A DNA stretch of 64,000 bases from Bacteroidetes bacterium 4572_112. GTDB lineage: Bacteria; Bacteroidota; Bacteroidia; Bacteroidales; UBA1556. The DNA is taken from assembly GCA_002254285.1 (NCBI GenBank), contig NIUZ01000001.1, positions 701 to 64,700 of the forward strand, given 5' to 3'. Each line of letters opens with the position of its first letter. Within the stretch, counting starts at the first letter, position 1. The notes beneath the pieces are model-generated. The model saw nothing but the letters and a program-made list of their open reading frames with translations. It was not told where the DNA came from and searched no databases. Shown piece by piece: positions 18,939 to 29,283 of the stretch. Both the position numbers and the translations under genes were made by a program.

Positions 18939-18946
18939 TACTTTTG
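18939..18946 (+). promoter_or_regulatory. -7 promoter box (TAnnTTTG) of coaX
   Basis: TACTTTTG overlaps the TTG that opens the supplied ORF. This supports the downstream ATG (18968) as the real start. Confidence 0.45.
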
Positions 18947-18967
18947 CGCAAATTAATAATTATTAGC

Positions 18968-19690
18968 ATGCAATTAATCCTTGATTTCGGAAATACTTTT
19001 CAAAAATGTGCTGTCTTTGACAGAGAAAATATGATTTCTGATATCAAGTTTGAGAAAATTAGCTTGAATGATATTGTTGATTATACAAATAGTTTCCCCA
19101 ATATCAAATCTTGTATTTTGTCGTCGGTAATGAATACTCCTGAGGATATTATTGACTATTTAAATCATAAATTTGATTTTATTGAACTTAATTCTAAGTC
19201 ATTAATTCCTATAACAAATAAATATTCCACTCCTGATACTTTGGGTAAAGATAGATTAGCAGCAGCAGTAGCTGTTTGTAAATTAGCCAAAGGAAAAGCT
19301 GCTTTGTCAATAGATATTGGTACTGCCATAAAATTTGATTTAGTAAACAGCGATAAGGAATATTTGGGAGGAAGTATTTCTCCAGGATTATTTTTAAGAT
19401 TTAAGTCTTTGCATACTTTTACTGCAAAATTGCCGTTAGTGGATTACAACAATTTACATAGTTTAATTGGAACAGATACACAGACCTCAATATTATCAGG
19501 GGTTATGAATGGTGCAATTGCCGAAGTAAATGCTTTTATTGAGATATATAAGAGTCAATATGAAGGTATATTAATTTTTATTACTGGAGGAGAGAGTATT
19601 TATTTTGTAAATCATATAAAAAGTAAGATATTTGCCGTTTCAAATTTGGTACTTATAGGACTAAACGAAATTTTATTATTTAATGAATAA
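18968..19690 (+). CDS. coaX: Type III pantothenate kinase
   Basis: N-terminus MQLILDFGNTFQKCAVFD (the family's L.iD.GNT..K motif), followed by DRLAAAVA, DIGTA and GG motifs. About 240 aa. Confidence 0.8.
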   Translation: MQLILDFGNTFQKCAVFDRENMISDIKFEKISLNDIVDYTNSFPNIKSCILSSVMNTPEDIIDYLNHKFDFIELNSKSLIPITNKYSTPDTLGKDRLAAAVAVCKLAKGKAALSIDIGTAIKFDLVNSDKEYLGGSISPGLFLRFKSLHTFTAKLPLVDYNNLHSLIGTDTQTSILSGVMNGAIAEVNAFIEIYKSQYEGILIFITGGESIYFVNHIKSKIFAVSNLVLIGLNEILLFNE

Positions 19691-20960
19691 AGAAACAGAT
19701 TATAAATCGATTATTTTCTTTAGCATACTGATGTTGCTAACGACTTTAACCGCACAAGCACAGGTAAGATTAGAATCGCCATACTCAAGATTTGGTTTAG
19801 GAGATATCAATCCAGGATATAATGTCTTTCAATCATCAATGGGAGGTGTTTCCTATGGTGTTATTGACCCATACCGTATTAGCTCTATTAATCCAGCATC
19901 ATATGCTAAAATTGATACCGGTAGCTTTGTTTTTAATGCAGCATTCAATGGTTTGTTTGTAAACACAAAAACAGATGCTCAAGAGAATAATGCTAACTAT
20001 TTCAATATGGACTACTTAAAGTTTGCCTTGCCTATTACTGGTTGGTGGCGTACAAGTGGTGGTTTAGTGCCTTATTCTACTGTTGGCTATAACCTAAATA
20101 CATATAAAGATGTTGATTCTATAGGTAGCGTAAGATTAGGTTATACTGGCAATGGTGGAATTACCAAAGTTTATTGGGGAAATGCTTTTACATTATTTAA
20201 AGGTTTTGCTGTTGGGGTAAATGCTTCATATATGTTTGGTAATATAAATATTGCTCAGGAGAGTGAATTGCAGGAACATAGTACAGCTTTTAAGTATCGA
20301 ATTAAAAACTCGGTTGATTTGCGAGCTATGTATTTTGATTTTGGAATACAATACGATACTAAGTTTGGCAAGGATAAAGAATATTTTTTGGGTTTGGGAG
20401 CAGTATATGCACCTGAGCAATCTTTAAAAACTACTAGCTCATCACTAGGTGTAACATACACTGGTGGTGGCGAAGGCTTTGAGTATATTAAAGATACAGT
20501 ACTTTTGGTTGATAAAGGTACAGGAAGTGTAGTAATGCCAATGAAAATAGGTGGTGGTTTTAGTGTTGGAAAAACTGCAAAATGGATGATTGCTGTTGAT
20601 GCAACTTACGAAGAGTTTAGTAAGTTCAAAATTAGTGGATTAGATCAAGAATATAATGATAATATTAGATATAATATAGGTGGTCAGTACTTTGTTGGTA
20701 AGCTTGCTCTTAATGCAGGGGCCAATATTACAAACTCCTTTTTAAAATTGAATGGTACAGATATAAATGAATTTGGCATAAGTTTTGGTATGGGCTTCCC
20801 CCTAAAAAGTACTACGACTATGGTTTCATATATTGATTTAGGTATTGAAGCAGGACGAAGAGGTACAACAGACAATAACCTTATCGAACAAGATTATATA
20901 AGAGTGAAGTTGGGGATTAATATTAGAAATACATGGTTTAGAAGACCAAAGTATCTATAG
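19683..20960 (+). CDS. Predicted outer-membrane beta-barrel protein, uncharacterised
   Basis: Signal peptide (...LTAQAQ). Alternating amphipathic beta-strand pattern rich in G/Y/N. Overlaps the coaX stop by 8 nt. Confidence 0.6.
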   Translation: MNKETDYKSIIFFSILMLLTTLTAQAQVRLESPYSRFGLGDINPGYNVFQSSMGGVSYGVIDPYRISSINPASYAKIDTGSFVFNAAFNGLFVNTKTDAQENNANYFNMDYLKFALPITGWWRTSGGLVPYSTVGYNLNTYKDVDSIGSVRLGYTGNGGITKVYWGNAFTLFKGFAVGVNASYMFGNINIAQESELQEHSTAFKYRIKNSVDLRAMYFDFGIQYDTKFGKDKEYFLGLGAVYAPEQSLKTTSSSLGVTYTGGGEGFEYIKDTVLLVDKGTGSVVMPMKIGGGFSVGKTAKWMIAVDATYEEFSKFKISGLDQEYNDNIRYNIGGQYFVGKLALNAGANITNSFLKLNGTDINEFGISFGMGFPLKSTTTMVSYIDLGIEAGRRGTTDNNLIEQDYIRVKLGINIRNTWFRRPKYL

Positions 20961-20979
20961 AAATTAAAAATTGTAAATT

Positions 20980-22410
20980 ATGAATAAATTAAAATTAGTT
21001 ATTGCAAGTTTGGCAATGTTTATGTTTATTAGTGTTAGTGCACAGGAAACTGCTGCCACTTCGTCGAAAGAGCTTAATAGATTTGAAAAAAACAGAAGCG
21101 AGTTAGCCGGAAAATATGGTGCTGATAGTGTTAAATGTGTAATGGAACTTAGTTTATACAGAGAGTTCTATAAGCAATGGAAAGCAAGTAAATATACTGA
21201 AGATAATTTAGTGGATCAATCGTTCAAATCTTGGACTTATTGTTTTCACGCGGCTCCTATAGCTAGTAAGAATATGTATATTCATGGCGAAAGAATGGCT
21301 AAGCATTATATAAAGGTTAATAAAGATAATCCTGAAGTTAAACAAGCTTGGGTTGATACTTTAATGATGGTTTATGATCAACGTATTAAATACTACGGTG
21401 ATGATAAGGCAAAGCCAGAAGGTGTATTATTGGGTCGTAAGGCGCAATTCTGCCTAAAGTATGAAAAAGATAGCGCTAATCTTTATTATCCAGCTTTCAG
21501 AAAATCTTTTGAAATGATGGGTAACAACTCTGAGGAGCTTACATTATACTATTACTTTATTGCAAGTATATACTATGTGAAGCAAACAGGAGCTGAAAGA
21601 GATTTAATTCTTGAAAATTATGTCGAAATACAAGATGTTATAGCATATAATATGAATAAGTATGCTGATAATGCTAAAGTATATAGTCGTTACGAGAAGG
21701 TTTCTAATAATATTGAGAAAAATGTAAAGAAATTTGCTACTTGCGAAAAGCTTATTCAATTATACGGACCTAAGCTTGAGAATAATCCTGATGATTTGAA
21801 GTTGGCAAAAAATATTGTAAAATTCTTTGAAGCACGTAAGTGTACTAAGAATGATACCAACGATACTTATTTCAATGCATTGGCAAAGGTACATGCTGCT
21901 GAGCCAACGCCAGAGTCTGCTTTATCAATGGGTAAAATGGCTTTTGAAAGAGAAGAAACAAGTAAAGCTTTAACTTATTTAGAGGAAGCAACAAAAACTC
22001 TTTCTGATTCAAATGCCCTAAAAAAAGGTTCTGCTTATTTACTACTTGCTGAGGTATACCGATCAAAAGGTAAACTTGCGGCATCTCGTTCTGCTGCATA
22101 TAGCGTATTAAAATATAAGCCAAATGAAGGTATGGCATATATCATCATTGGTGACTTATATACTAGCTCTGCTGCTAAATGTACTTCACAAGGTTTGAGA
22201 GTTTCATACTGGGCTGCTTATGATAAATATAAGCAAGCACTTAATCTTTCAAAAGAGGATAAGATAAAAAACATCGCTCGTAAAAAGATGGCTGTTATCA
22301 AGAAAAGTTTCCCTGAAAACCAAGATCTTTTCATGAGAAATCTTAAAGAAGGACAGGCTATAAAAGTAGAATGTTGGATAAACGAAGAAACTAAAGTAAG
22401 AGCAAGATAA
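20980..22410 (+). CDS. Secreted helical-repeat (TPR-like) protein, uncharacterised
   Basis: Signal peptide (SVSAQE). Helix-rich repeat composition with A/L/Y/K periodicity. Starts 19 nt after the upstream stop. Confidence 0.55.
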   Translation: MNKLKLVIASLAMFMFISVSAQETAATSSKELNRFEKNRSELAGKYGADSVKCVMELSLYREFYKQWKASKYTEDNLVDQSFKSWTYCFHAAPIASKNMYIHGERMAKHYIKVNKDNPEVKQAWVDTLMMVYDQRIKYYGDDKAKPEGVLLGRKAQFCLKYEKDSANLYYPAFRKSFEMMGNNSEELTLYYYFIASIYYVKQTGAERDLILENYVEIQDVIAYNMNKYADNAKVYSRYEKVSNNIEKNVKKFATCEKLIQLYGPKLENNPDDLKLAKNIVKFFEARKCTKNDTNDTYFNALAKVHAAEPTPESALSMGKMAFEREETSKALTYLEEATKTLSDSNALKKGSAYLLLAEVYRSKGKLAASRSAAYSVLKYKPNEGMAYIIIGDLYTSSAAKCTSQGLRVSYWAAYDKYKQALNLSKEDKIKNIARKKMAVIKKSFPENQDLFMRNLKEGQAIKVECWINEETKVRAR

Positions 22411-22526
22411 TGCTTAACTTATTTGTTAAATAATATATAAATAGGGATAAAGAGATTTATTCCTATTTTTTTATTTAATCAAAATGGTATTTTGATTAAT
22501 TTTACACAAATTATTATCGGTAGAAT

Positions 22527-23234
22527 ATGATGGCTAATTTATTTTCAGGAAGAGTTTTAGGAGTTTCATTATTGTTTGTAGTAATACTTATTATGTCGAG
22601 CTGCGAAAATGATATAGCTGTGGTTAATTCACTTACTGTGGATGAAAACACTCCAATAGAGTCGTCGTATGATGTGGATATGAACTATACAGACTCAGGT
22701 AGGTCAGTTATGGTGTTGCATAGCCCCGAGGTTAATAGATATCCTACAGAAGAAGAGTATTTGGAAATGCCCAAGGGTATGAATATGGTTTTTTATGATT
22801 CATTGGGAAACCAAAAATCTAATCTTAAATCCGAATATGCTATAAATTATGTTGATAAAAAAATAATGGAGGCAAGAATAAATGTTGTTGCTACCAATGC
22901 CAAAGGCGATAAATTATTCACTGAATTGCTTACTTGGGATCAAAAGAAGAAACAGATTTATACAAATGTGCCTGTAAGGGTTATACAAGAAGGTAAAACT
23001 TTATTTGGTGACGGATTGGTTGCTGACGAAACATTTACTGATTATGAAATTATAAATCCTCATGGCGAATTTGATATTGAGTCCGAAGAGGAAGCAGAAC
23101 CTGCTCCTTCGAAGTCCAAAGAAAATAAGTCGGGAAATAGTTCAGCAACTAAAAAGTCCACGAATTCCAAAGAAACAAAAAAAACTTCCAAAAAGAAGTC
23201 TGATGATGAGTTTGGTGATTTTGATTCATATTAA
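22527..23234 (+). CDS. LptC-like (OstA-fold) periplasmic lipoprotein with a Lys/Ser-rich acidic C-terminal tail
   Basis: Lipobox-like MSSC. The pattern ...MNYTDSGR..MVLHSPEV.RY.....YLEMPKGMNMVFYDS.G...S.L.S.YAI.....K.MEAR.NVV..N..G..L.TE.L.WDQ....IYT resembles Bacteroidota LptC. The tail is SKSKENKSGNSSATKKSTNSKETKKTSKKKSDDEFGDFDSY. Confidence 0.5.
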   Translation: MMANLFSGRVLGVSLLFVVILIMSSCENDIAVVNSLTVDENTPIESSYDVDMNYTDSGRSVMVLHSPEVNRYPTEEEYLEMPKGMNMVFYDSLGNQKSNLKSEYAINYVDKKIMEARINVVATNAKGDKLFTELLTWDQKKKQIYTNVPVRVIQEGKTLFGDGLVADETFTDYEIINPHGEFDIESEEEAEPAPSKSKENKSGNSSATKKSTNSKETKKTSKKKSDDEFGDFDSY

Positions 23235-23239
23235 ATATA

Positions 23240-24508
23240 ATGAGCACTATCGTAATTATAATTTTAGTGAGTATATTTTTCTCTGCCCTATTTTCAGGAA
23301 TAGAGATAGCCTTTGTGTCTGCCAATAAACTGAAAATAGAATTAGATAAAAGTAGGAATAAAATATCTGGCAAAATACTATCGTGGTTTAACCTTCGTGA
23401 GTCTAAGTTTATTGCTATGCTTTTGCTAGGAAATAATATTGCTCTTGTTGTATACGGTATGTATATGGAAGAATATCTTAACCCTAAGTTATTCGCTATA
23501 CTTCCCGAATTTATGCATGGAAACCTTGTAATTCTGTTAGCAAATACAATAATTTCTACCATCATTATTCTGATTTTTGCAGAGTTTATTCCAAAGGCAA
23601 CTTTTCGCCTAATGGCCAATAGGATAATGGAGATTTTTAGTGTTCCCTTAGTAGTGATATATTATATTATGTCGCCTATAGCAACTGCTTTTATCAAGAT
23701 ATCGGAGTTTATTCTTCATAATATATTTGGTGCCGATATTTCTAATCAAACATATAGATTCTCTACCATTGATTTCGATAATTATATTGAAGAGTTTAAA
23801 GGAAGTGAAGATAATGAAACTGAGGAAATAGACTCGGATTTACAGATTTTTCAGAATGCTATTGATTTTAAAACCACGAAAATTCGTGAGTGTATGGAGC
23901 CACGTACCGAAATTAAGGCTGTTGAAAAAGGAAATAGTATTGAGGAACTTAAAGAGGCTTATCGCGAATCGGGGCATTCAAAAATCATTGTATATGAGGA
24001 TGATATAGATAATATTATAGGCTATGTACATGCTTACGACCTAGTGAATAATCCTAAGAGTATAGAGTCTATATTGCGTAATATTGATTTCATTCCAGAA
24101 ACAATGCCCGCAAATAAAATGCTCAATAAGATGTTAAACAAAAATAGCAGCATAGCCATTGTTCTTGACGAATTTGGCGGTACTGCAGGCATGGTTACTA
24201 TGGAAGATCTTATTGAAGAAATATTTGGCGAAATAGAAGATGAGTTTGATAAGGAAGAATTGGTGGAAAGCCAAATTGAAGATAATATATATATTCTGTC
24301 CACAAGATTAGAGATTGATTACTTGAACGAAAAATATAATTTTAACTTTCCTATCTCTGAGGAATACGAAACATTAGGTGGATTGATAACCACTGTTCAC
24401 GAAAACATACCGCAAAACGGTGAAGTGGTAATATTCCAAAATTACTCCTTTGAAATTATAAAAGCTAGTAATGCTAAAGTGGAAACAGTAAGGTTATCCT
24501 TACTTTAG
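23240..24508 (+). CDS. DUF21-CBS pair-CorC_HlyC membrane protein (CNNM/CorC family; GldE-like)
   Basis: Four N-terminal TM helices, a tandem CBS region (R.IM.PR.EI, GHS...VYEDDIDNIIGYVH..DL) and a C-terminal CorC_HlyC transporter-associated domain. Confidence 0.8.
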   Translation: MSTIVIIILVSIFFSALFSGIEIAFVSANKLKIELDKSRNKISGKILSWFNLRESKFIAMLLLGNNIALVVYGMYMEEYLNPKLFAILPEFMHGNLVILLANTIISTIIILIFAEFIPKATFRLMANRIMEIFSVPLVVIYYIMSPIATAFIKISEFILHNIFGADISNQTYRFSTIDFDNYIEEFKGSEDNETEEIDSDLQIFQNAIDFKTTKIRECMEPRTEIKAVEKGNSIEELKEAYRESGHSKIIVYEDDIDNIIGYVHAYDLVNNPKSIESILRNIDFIPETMPANKMLNKMLNKNSSIAIVLDEFGGTAGMVTMEDLIEEIFGEIEDEFDKEELVESQIEDNIYILSTRLEIDYLNEKYNFNFPISEEYETLGGLITTVHENIPQNGEVVIFQNYSFEIIKASNAKVETVRLSLL

Positions 24509-24602
24509 AGCTATTAAGGTGTTGAAGAACAGGGTTGTATTGTAATGATATGACCCTTTTTTTATGAATGAAATTTTATTTTTAAACTTAATATTTTGTA
24601 CG

Positions 24603-24610
24603 TACATTTG
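24603..24610 (+). promoter_or_regulatory. -7 promoter box (TAnnTTTG) of the ppiD-like gene
   Basis: TACATTTG lies 25 nt upstream of the ATG at 24635. Confidence 0.45.
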
Positions 24611-24634
24611 CCAACTTATATTAAATAATACATA

Positions 24635-26830
24635 ATGGCAGCAATAGGAAAAATTAGAGAAAAATCAGGATTATTATTAGCGATTATTGGCTTAGCGTTA
24701 GCGGCTTTTGTTTTGGGTGATTTATTTAAAAACCTTGGACAGAATAACAATATCGATCGAGATAAAATTGCCCTGATAAATGGTGAGAAAGTAGGTGTTC
24801 AAGAATTTAGTAATAAAGTAAGCCAACAGGCCGATTTATTGGTACAACGAAAAAATAGAAATCTTACAACAGAAGAGTCTTATACCAACACTATTAATGT
24901 TTGGAATATGACGAAAAGAGAAGTTATAATGCGTCAGCAAATGGTTGAGCTAGGACTTCTTCAGAATGTTGGTGGTATACCACAGCTTTCTATGGACGAG
25001 TTTATGGGTAATATCTATAGCGCAACTCCACATAGAGAGGTAGTAAGATTCTTTACAGGAGATTATAATGGTAGCATTGCTCAGGACCAAGTAAAAGGGT
25101 TCTTCGATTTTATTGAAAGAGGAGTAAATAGCGAAAATGCTGAGGAAAGAAGTAAAGCAATGGAATATAAGCAACAATGGGGCTTATTTAAAGGCAGCTT
25201 TAAGGAAGTTCTTATCGAAACTAAATACAATAACTTAATTGTAAAAGCTTATTATTTGCCTAAGGCACTAGCAGAAATGGATTTTGATGCTAATAATATT
25301 AATAATAAAGTTGCTTATTTTGGAGCTTCTTATAAAAATATTAGTGACGAAGAAGCAATCGCTACTGATGCAGATTATTTAGCTTATTATAATGAGCACA
25401 AAAAAGAATTTGATGCTAAAGAGGCAACTCGCAAAATTGAATATGTAACATGGGTTGTTCGCCCAAGTCAAAAAGATGTTAGCGACCTTCGTGCTCAAAT
25501 TGAAGATTATTATTCAGAATTGAAAACAGCAGAAAGAAGCTCTGTTCCTTATATGGTCAACCGTGTTGGAGATAATAGATACGATAGCTCATGGGTAAGT
25601 AAAGGATCTTTATCTGTATATATTGATTCTGCAGCTTTTGCTGCTGAAACAGGTGCTGTTTTAGGCCCTTGGGAAGAAAATACAGCTTATCATATAGCTA
25701 GAGTGATGGACAAAGCAATGCGTCCTGATTCATTAAAAGCTAGTCAAATTTTAATTTCTTATGCTGGTGCATATGGTGCGCAAGGTATTACAAGAACTAA
25801 AATTGGTGCTCGTGCCCTTGCTGATAGTATTAAGGATGCTGTTATTAAAGACAAAAATGCTTTTGAAACTTTATTAGCAAAATCTGATGATCCACAAGCT
25901 GCACAAACTAAAGGTGAGTTTGGTTGGTTTAAGGATGGCGCAATGCTTCCTGAAATTAATGAAGCATGTGTAAATTCAAAAATTGGAGATATAGTAGTTG
26001 TAGAAACTACAATTGGATATAGCGTTATTCGTATTGACGATAAACTTGCTAGTGTTCCAAAAATAAAGATTGCTCAGATCGAACTTCCTATAACTTTTTC
26101 TCAAGAAACATTTAATGAGTCTTATGGTAAAGCTATTAAGTTTGCTGCTGTAAATCGTAACTATGAGTCTTTTGATTCTTCATCTGCAAATAACGGATTG
26201 AATGTAGTTAAAGGTGAGTTTGTTGTTGAATTAGGTACAGGAATTAGAGGATTGAAAAACTCTCGTGATGTTGTAAAATGGATGTTTGATGATAAAACCA
26301 ATGTTGGTGATGTATCAAAAGTGTTCGATTTTGAAGACAGAGTTGTTGTTGCTGTTCTTACTGATGCTCGTCCAAGTGGAATTTTGCCATTGGAGGAAAT
26401 TAAAGAATATATTGAACCTCTTGTAGTTCGTGACGTAAAGGCACGTATGATGTTAGAGAAAGTTGCTAATGTAAAAGATTTAGCTCAAGCTACTGAGTTT
26501 GGTGCTCAAGTTGATACTTCAATGGTTTCTTTTGCAACATATTCTCTTCAAAAGTATGGTCCAGAGCCAAATGTAACTGGTCGTATGGCTAATGCTGAGG
26601 TAGGTAAATTAGTTGGTCCTATTAAAGGTGATCAAGGAATTTATTTCTTTAAAGTATTAGAAGAAGGTCAAGCTCCAGCAAATAAAGATTTAGAATATAT
26701 GCAACAACGTAGTGCAAGTAATTTTGCTCAACATGTATATCCTAATCAAAGAAACCCTCAAGCAGTGAGTGCTTATACTCCTCTGGAGGAAAATGCGGAA
26801 ATAGATAATAATATGTTTTTCTTTTACTAG
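24635..26830 (+). CDS. ppiD: PpiD-like periplasmic chaperone / peptidyl-prolyl isomerase (SurA-N plus parvulin domain)
   Basis: Typical N-terminus MAAIGKIREKSGLLLAIIGLALAAFVLGD (membrane anchor). The parvulin-like region is KASQILISY...GEFGWF..G.M.PE...A. Confidence 0.75.
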   Translation: MAAIGKIREKSGLLLAIIGLALAAFVLGDLFKNLGQNNNIDRDKIALINGEKVGVQEFSNKVSQQADLLVQRKNRNLTTEESYTNTINVWNMTKREVIMRQQMVELGLLQNVGGIPQLSMDEFMGNIYSATPHREVVRFFTGDYNGSIAQDQVKGFFDFIERGVNSENAEERSKAMEYKQQWGLFKGSFKEVLIETKYNNLIVKAYYLPKALAEMDFDANNINNKVAYFGASYKNISDEEAIATDADYLAYYNEHKKEFDAKEATRKIEYVTWVVRPSQKDVSDLRAQIEDYYSELKTAERSSVPYMVNRVGDNRYDSSWVSKGSLSVYIDSAAFAAETGAVLGPWEENTAYHIARVMDKAMRPDSLKASQILISYAGAYGAQGITRTKIGARALADSIKDAVIKDKNAFETLLAKSDDPQAAQTKGEFGWFKDGAMLPEINEACVNSKIGDIVVVETTIGYSVIRIDDKLASVPKIKIAQIELPITFSQETFNESYGKAIKFAAVNRNYESFDSSSANNGLNVVKGEFVVELGTGIRGLKNSRDVVKWMFDDKTNVGDVSKVFDFEDRVVVAVLTDARPSGILPLEEIKEYIEPLVVRDVKARMMLEKVANVKDLAQATEFGAQVDTSMVSFATYSLQKYGPEPNVTGRMANAEVGKLVGPIKGDQGIYFFKVLEEGQAPANKDLEYMQQRSASNFAQHVYPNQRNPQAVSAYTPLEENAEIDNNMFFFY

Positions 26831-26902
26831 AAATTCATTTAAAAATATAATATCAAAGGGGTTGGTCGTAAGGCTTTCCCCTTTTTTTATAAAAATAATA
26901 TT

Positions 26903-27481
26903 ATGGAAAAGATAGTTTTTGCTAGTAATAATGCTCATAAGTTAGAAGAGGTAAGGTCTAAACTCTCGTCGTACTTTCAAGTAAAGAGTTTGAAAGAAAT
27001 AGGCTGCAATGATGATATCCCTGAAACAGCTAATACCTTTGTCGGAAATGCAGAATTAAAAACTCTGTGGGTACTTGAAAAGTATGGCTATGATTGCTTT
27101 GCCGATGATTCGGGTATTGAAATTGAAGCCTTGGACAATAGACCAGGAGTTTTTTCGGCACGATATGCAGGTGAAGATTGTAGCTTTGATGATAATAATA
27201 AGAAAGTATTAGCAGAGTTAGAAGGTGTAAGCAATAGAAATGCGAAATTTTCAACAACTATCTGCCTAAAACTTAATGGCGAAACTCACTTCTTTGTTGG
27301 TGAAATTGAAGGGGAAATAGTGTCAGAGTATGTGGGTGATAAAGGTTTTGGCTACGATCCTATATTTGTACCAAAAGGTTACGATAGAAGTTTCGCCCAA
27401 ATGACTCTTGATGAAAAGAATAAGATTAGCCATAGAGCATTAGCCATAGAAAAGATGCTTGATTTTCTTAATAAACAATAA
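26903..27481 (+). CDS. rdgB: Non-canonical purine NTP pyrophosphatase (dITP/XTP pyrophosphatase)
   Basis: IVFASNNAHKLEEV, ETANTFVGNA..K, DDSGIEIEAL...PGV.SARYAG, FGYDPIF and SHRA motifs of the Ham1/RdgB family. Confidence 0.85.
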   Translation: MEKIVFASNNAHKLEEVRSKLSSYFQVKSLKEIGCNDDIPETANTFVGNAELKTLWVLEKYGYDCFADDSGIEIEALDNRPGVFSARYAGEDCSFDDNNKKVLAELEGVSNRNAKFSTTICLKLNGETHFFVGEIEGEIVSEYVGDKGFGYDPIFVPKGYDRSFAQMTLDEKNKISHRALAIEKMLDFLNKQ

Positions 27482-27573
27482 AAGGTTAAAAAAAGAATAG
27501 TTTTTATGCTCTAAGAGAGACAATAATTAATACTTTTGTATATTCGTGCTTATAACTAAAAAAGACAATATTT

Positions 27574-28569
27574 ATGACAACCAAAGCCATAGACGATTTA
27601 TTTAAGAATATTGAAAATAAGAATGTCCTAATAATAGGTGATGTGATGGTAGATGCTTACCTAATGGGTAGCGTGGATCGTATCTCGCCAGAGGCACCGG
27701 TGCCTGTTGTTTCTGTAGAAGGTAGAAAAAGTAGAATGGGAGGAGCTGCAAATGTTGCTTTAAATATTAGCGCTTTAGGTGCTACACCATTTCTTTGCTC
27801 AGTAATTGGTAGCGATGTTCGTGGTGATGAGTTTATAGAACTTATGGCTAAGCGCAAAATGAGTGATAAAGGTATTGTTAGAAGTAAAAGCCGACCTACC
27901 ACCACTAAGTTTAGAATTATAGGAAATAATGTACAAATGCTTCGTGTGGACGAGGAGGTTGTGTATTTTATAAATAGGCATGAAGAAAAAGAGTTACTTA
28001 GTCGAATTACCGACATAATCACTGACGAAAAAATAGATGCAATAATTTTTGAAGATTATGATAAAGGAAGTATTTCTCCAAATCTTATAAAGGCAGTTGT
28101 GAAAATTGCTAAAAAGAAAAATATTATTGTTACTGTTGACCCTAAGAAACGAAATTTTAAGAGCTTTAGTAATCTTACTTTATTGAAGCCAAATTTTAAG
28201 GAGTTAAAAGAAGGTTGTGACTTGGATATCGAAAATGGAGATATTCCTGCAATTCGTGATGCAGCAATGGCTTTATTGCGCGAGAATAACTTAGAAATTG
28301 TAATGGTTACTCTGTCGGAGCATGGAATACTTATTTGTGAGCGTAACCTTCAAACACATATTCCTGCCATAGTGCGTAGCATTGCTGATGTATCAGGTGC
28401 TGGAGATACTGTAATCTCAGTTTTGACATTGGCTTTAGCATCAGGAATAGGCGCTGTTGAGGCGGCCAAACTATCGAACTTAGCTGGTGGATTAGTTTGC
28501 GAAGTGGTAGGAGTAGCTCCTATTGATAAGAAAAAGCTTAAGCTCGAAGCAGCTTCAATTCTATTATAA
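27574..28569 (+). CDS. D-glycero-beta-D-manno-heptose-7-phosphate kinase (RfaE domain I type, PfkB family; kinase domain only)
   Basis: ILIIGDVMVDAYLMGSVDRISPEAPVPVV, GGAANVA.N and DVSGAGDTV motifs. At 331 aa it has no adenylyltransferase domain. Confidence 0.78.
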   Translation: MTTKAIDDLFKNIENKNVLIIGDVMVDAYLMGSVDRISPEAPVPVVSVEGRKSRMGGAANVALNISALGATPFLCSVIGSDVRGDEFIELMAKRKMSDKGIVRSKSRPTTTKFRIIGNNVQMLRVDEEVVYFINRHEEKELLSRITDIITDEKIDAIIFEDYDKGSISPNLIKAVVKIAKKKNIIVTVDPKKRNFKSFSNLTLLKPNFKELKEGCDLDIENGDIPAIRDAAMALLRENNLEIVMVTLSEHGILICERNLQTHIPAIVRSIADVSGAGDTVISVLTLALASGIGAVEAAKLSNLAGGLVCEVVGVAPIDKKKLKLEAASILL

Positions 28570-28578
28570 TTAAGTATT

Positions 28579-29268
28579 ATGCGATTTTCTTTAATTTTAT
28601 TACTATTTGCAGGCCTAATTCTTACCTCATGCAGTAGTAAGAATATGAGTGAGCGTGAAGAAAATGTTTTCAAGCAAGACTATCAAAATATTCTTATTCC
28701 TATTGATTCATTCAATACTTTGGGTGATTTAACCGACTATCTTTTGGAAGAGTATTGTGAAAAGAAAGTGCAGTATTGGCCATACCTATTATTTGACACT
28801 AAAGAGAATATTATGGTGTCAGAACCCAATAGAAATACAATAAAACTTGGCATAGAGCCACCTCCATGTGTGCAAGGTATATTTGATGACAAAATGGTGT
28901 TGGAGATAGTGAAGGATGGTTATAATACAGAAATAGAACGTACAATAACCGAAGTAGACAGCATACCTTCTTTTGTGGAAAAACAGATGCTTAGCTTTGG
29001 TGCTGATTATAATTATGCTGTTGGTGCGTATAATAATGGGATATGGTTAAGTAGCAAACGCGATGATAAGCTTACTAATCTTAATCCATATATTGCAAAA
29101 ATTGTTGAAGGCTATTTGAGTTCGCTCCGCAAATACTCTGAAATGGCATATTTAAAGCCCTTAGGCGAGCTTACAGACGAAGAGTATAATGAGATAGCAC
29201 TAGAGTTTAATTTCCGCATGTCGTTTAAATACACTGATAAGCCTCCAACATTGGAACTTGATTATTAA
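28579..29268 (+). CDS. Hypothetical lipoprotein
   Basis: Lipobox LILTSC after a signal peptide. No recognised domain. Starts 9 nt after the upstream stop. Confidence 0.5.
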   Translation: MRFSLILLLFAGLILTSCSSKNMSEREENVFKQDYQNILIPIDSFNTLGDLTDYLLEEYCEKKVQYWPYLLFDTKENIMVSEPNRNTIKLGIEPPPCVQGIFDDKMVLEIVKDGYNTEIERTITEVDSIPSFVEKQMLSFGADYNYAVGAYNNGIWLSSKRDDKLTNLNPYIAKIVEGYLSSLRKYSEMAYLKPLGELTDEEYNEIALEFNFRMSFKYTDKPPTLELDY

Positions 29269-29283
29269 TTATTAGAAATATAG

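Noticed and set aside
18374-18943. tRNA-Phe as an integration site for a genomic island
   Set aside because: There is no integrase, no direct repeat of the tRNA 3' end, and no compositional break on either side. The flanking genes (mqnD, coaX) are core genes.
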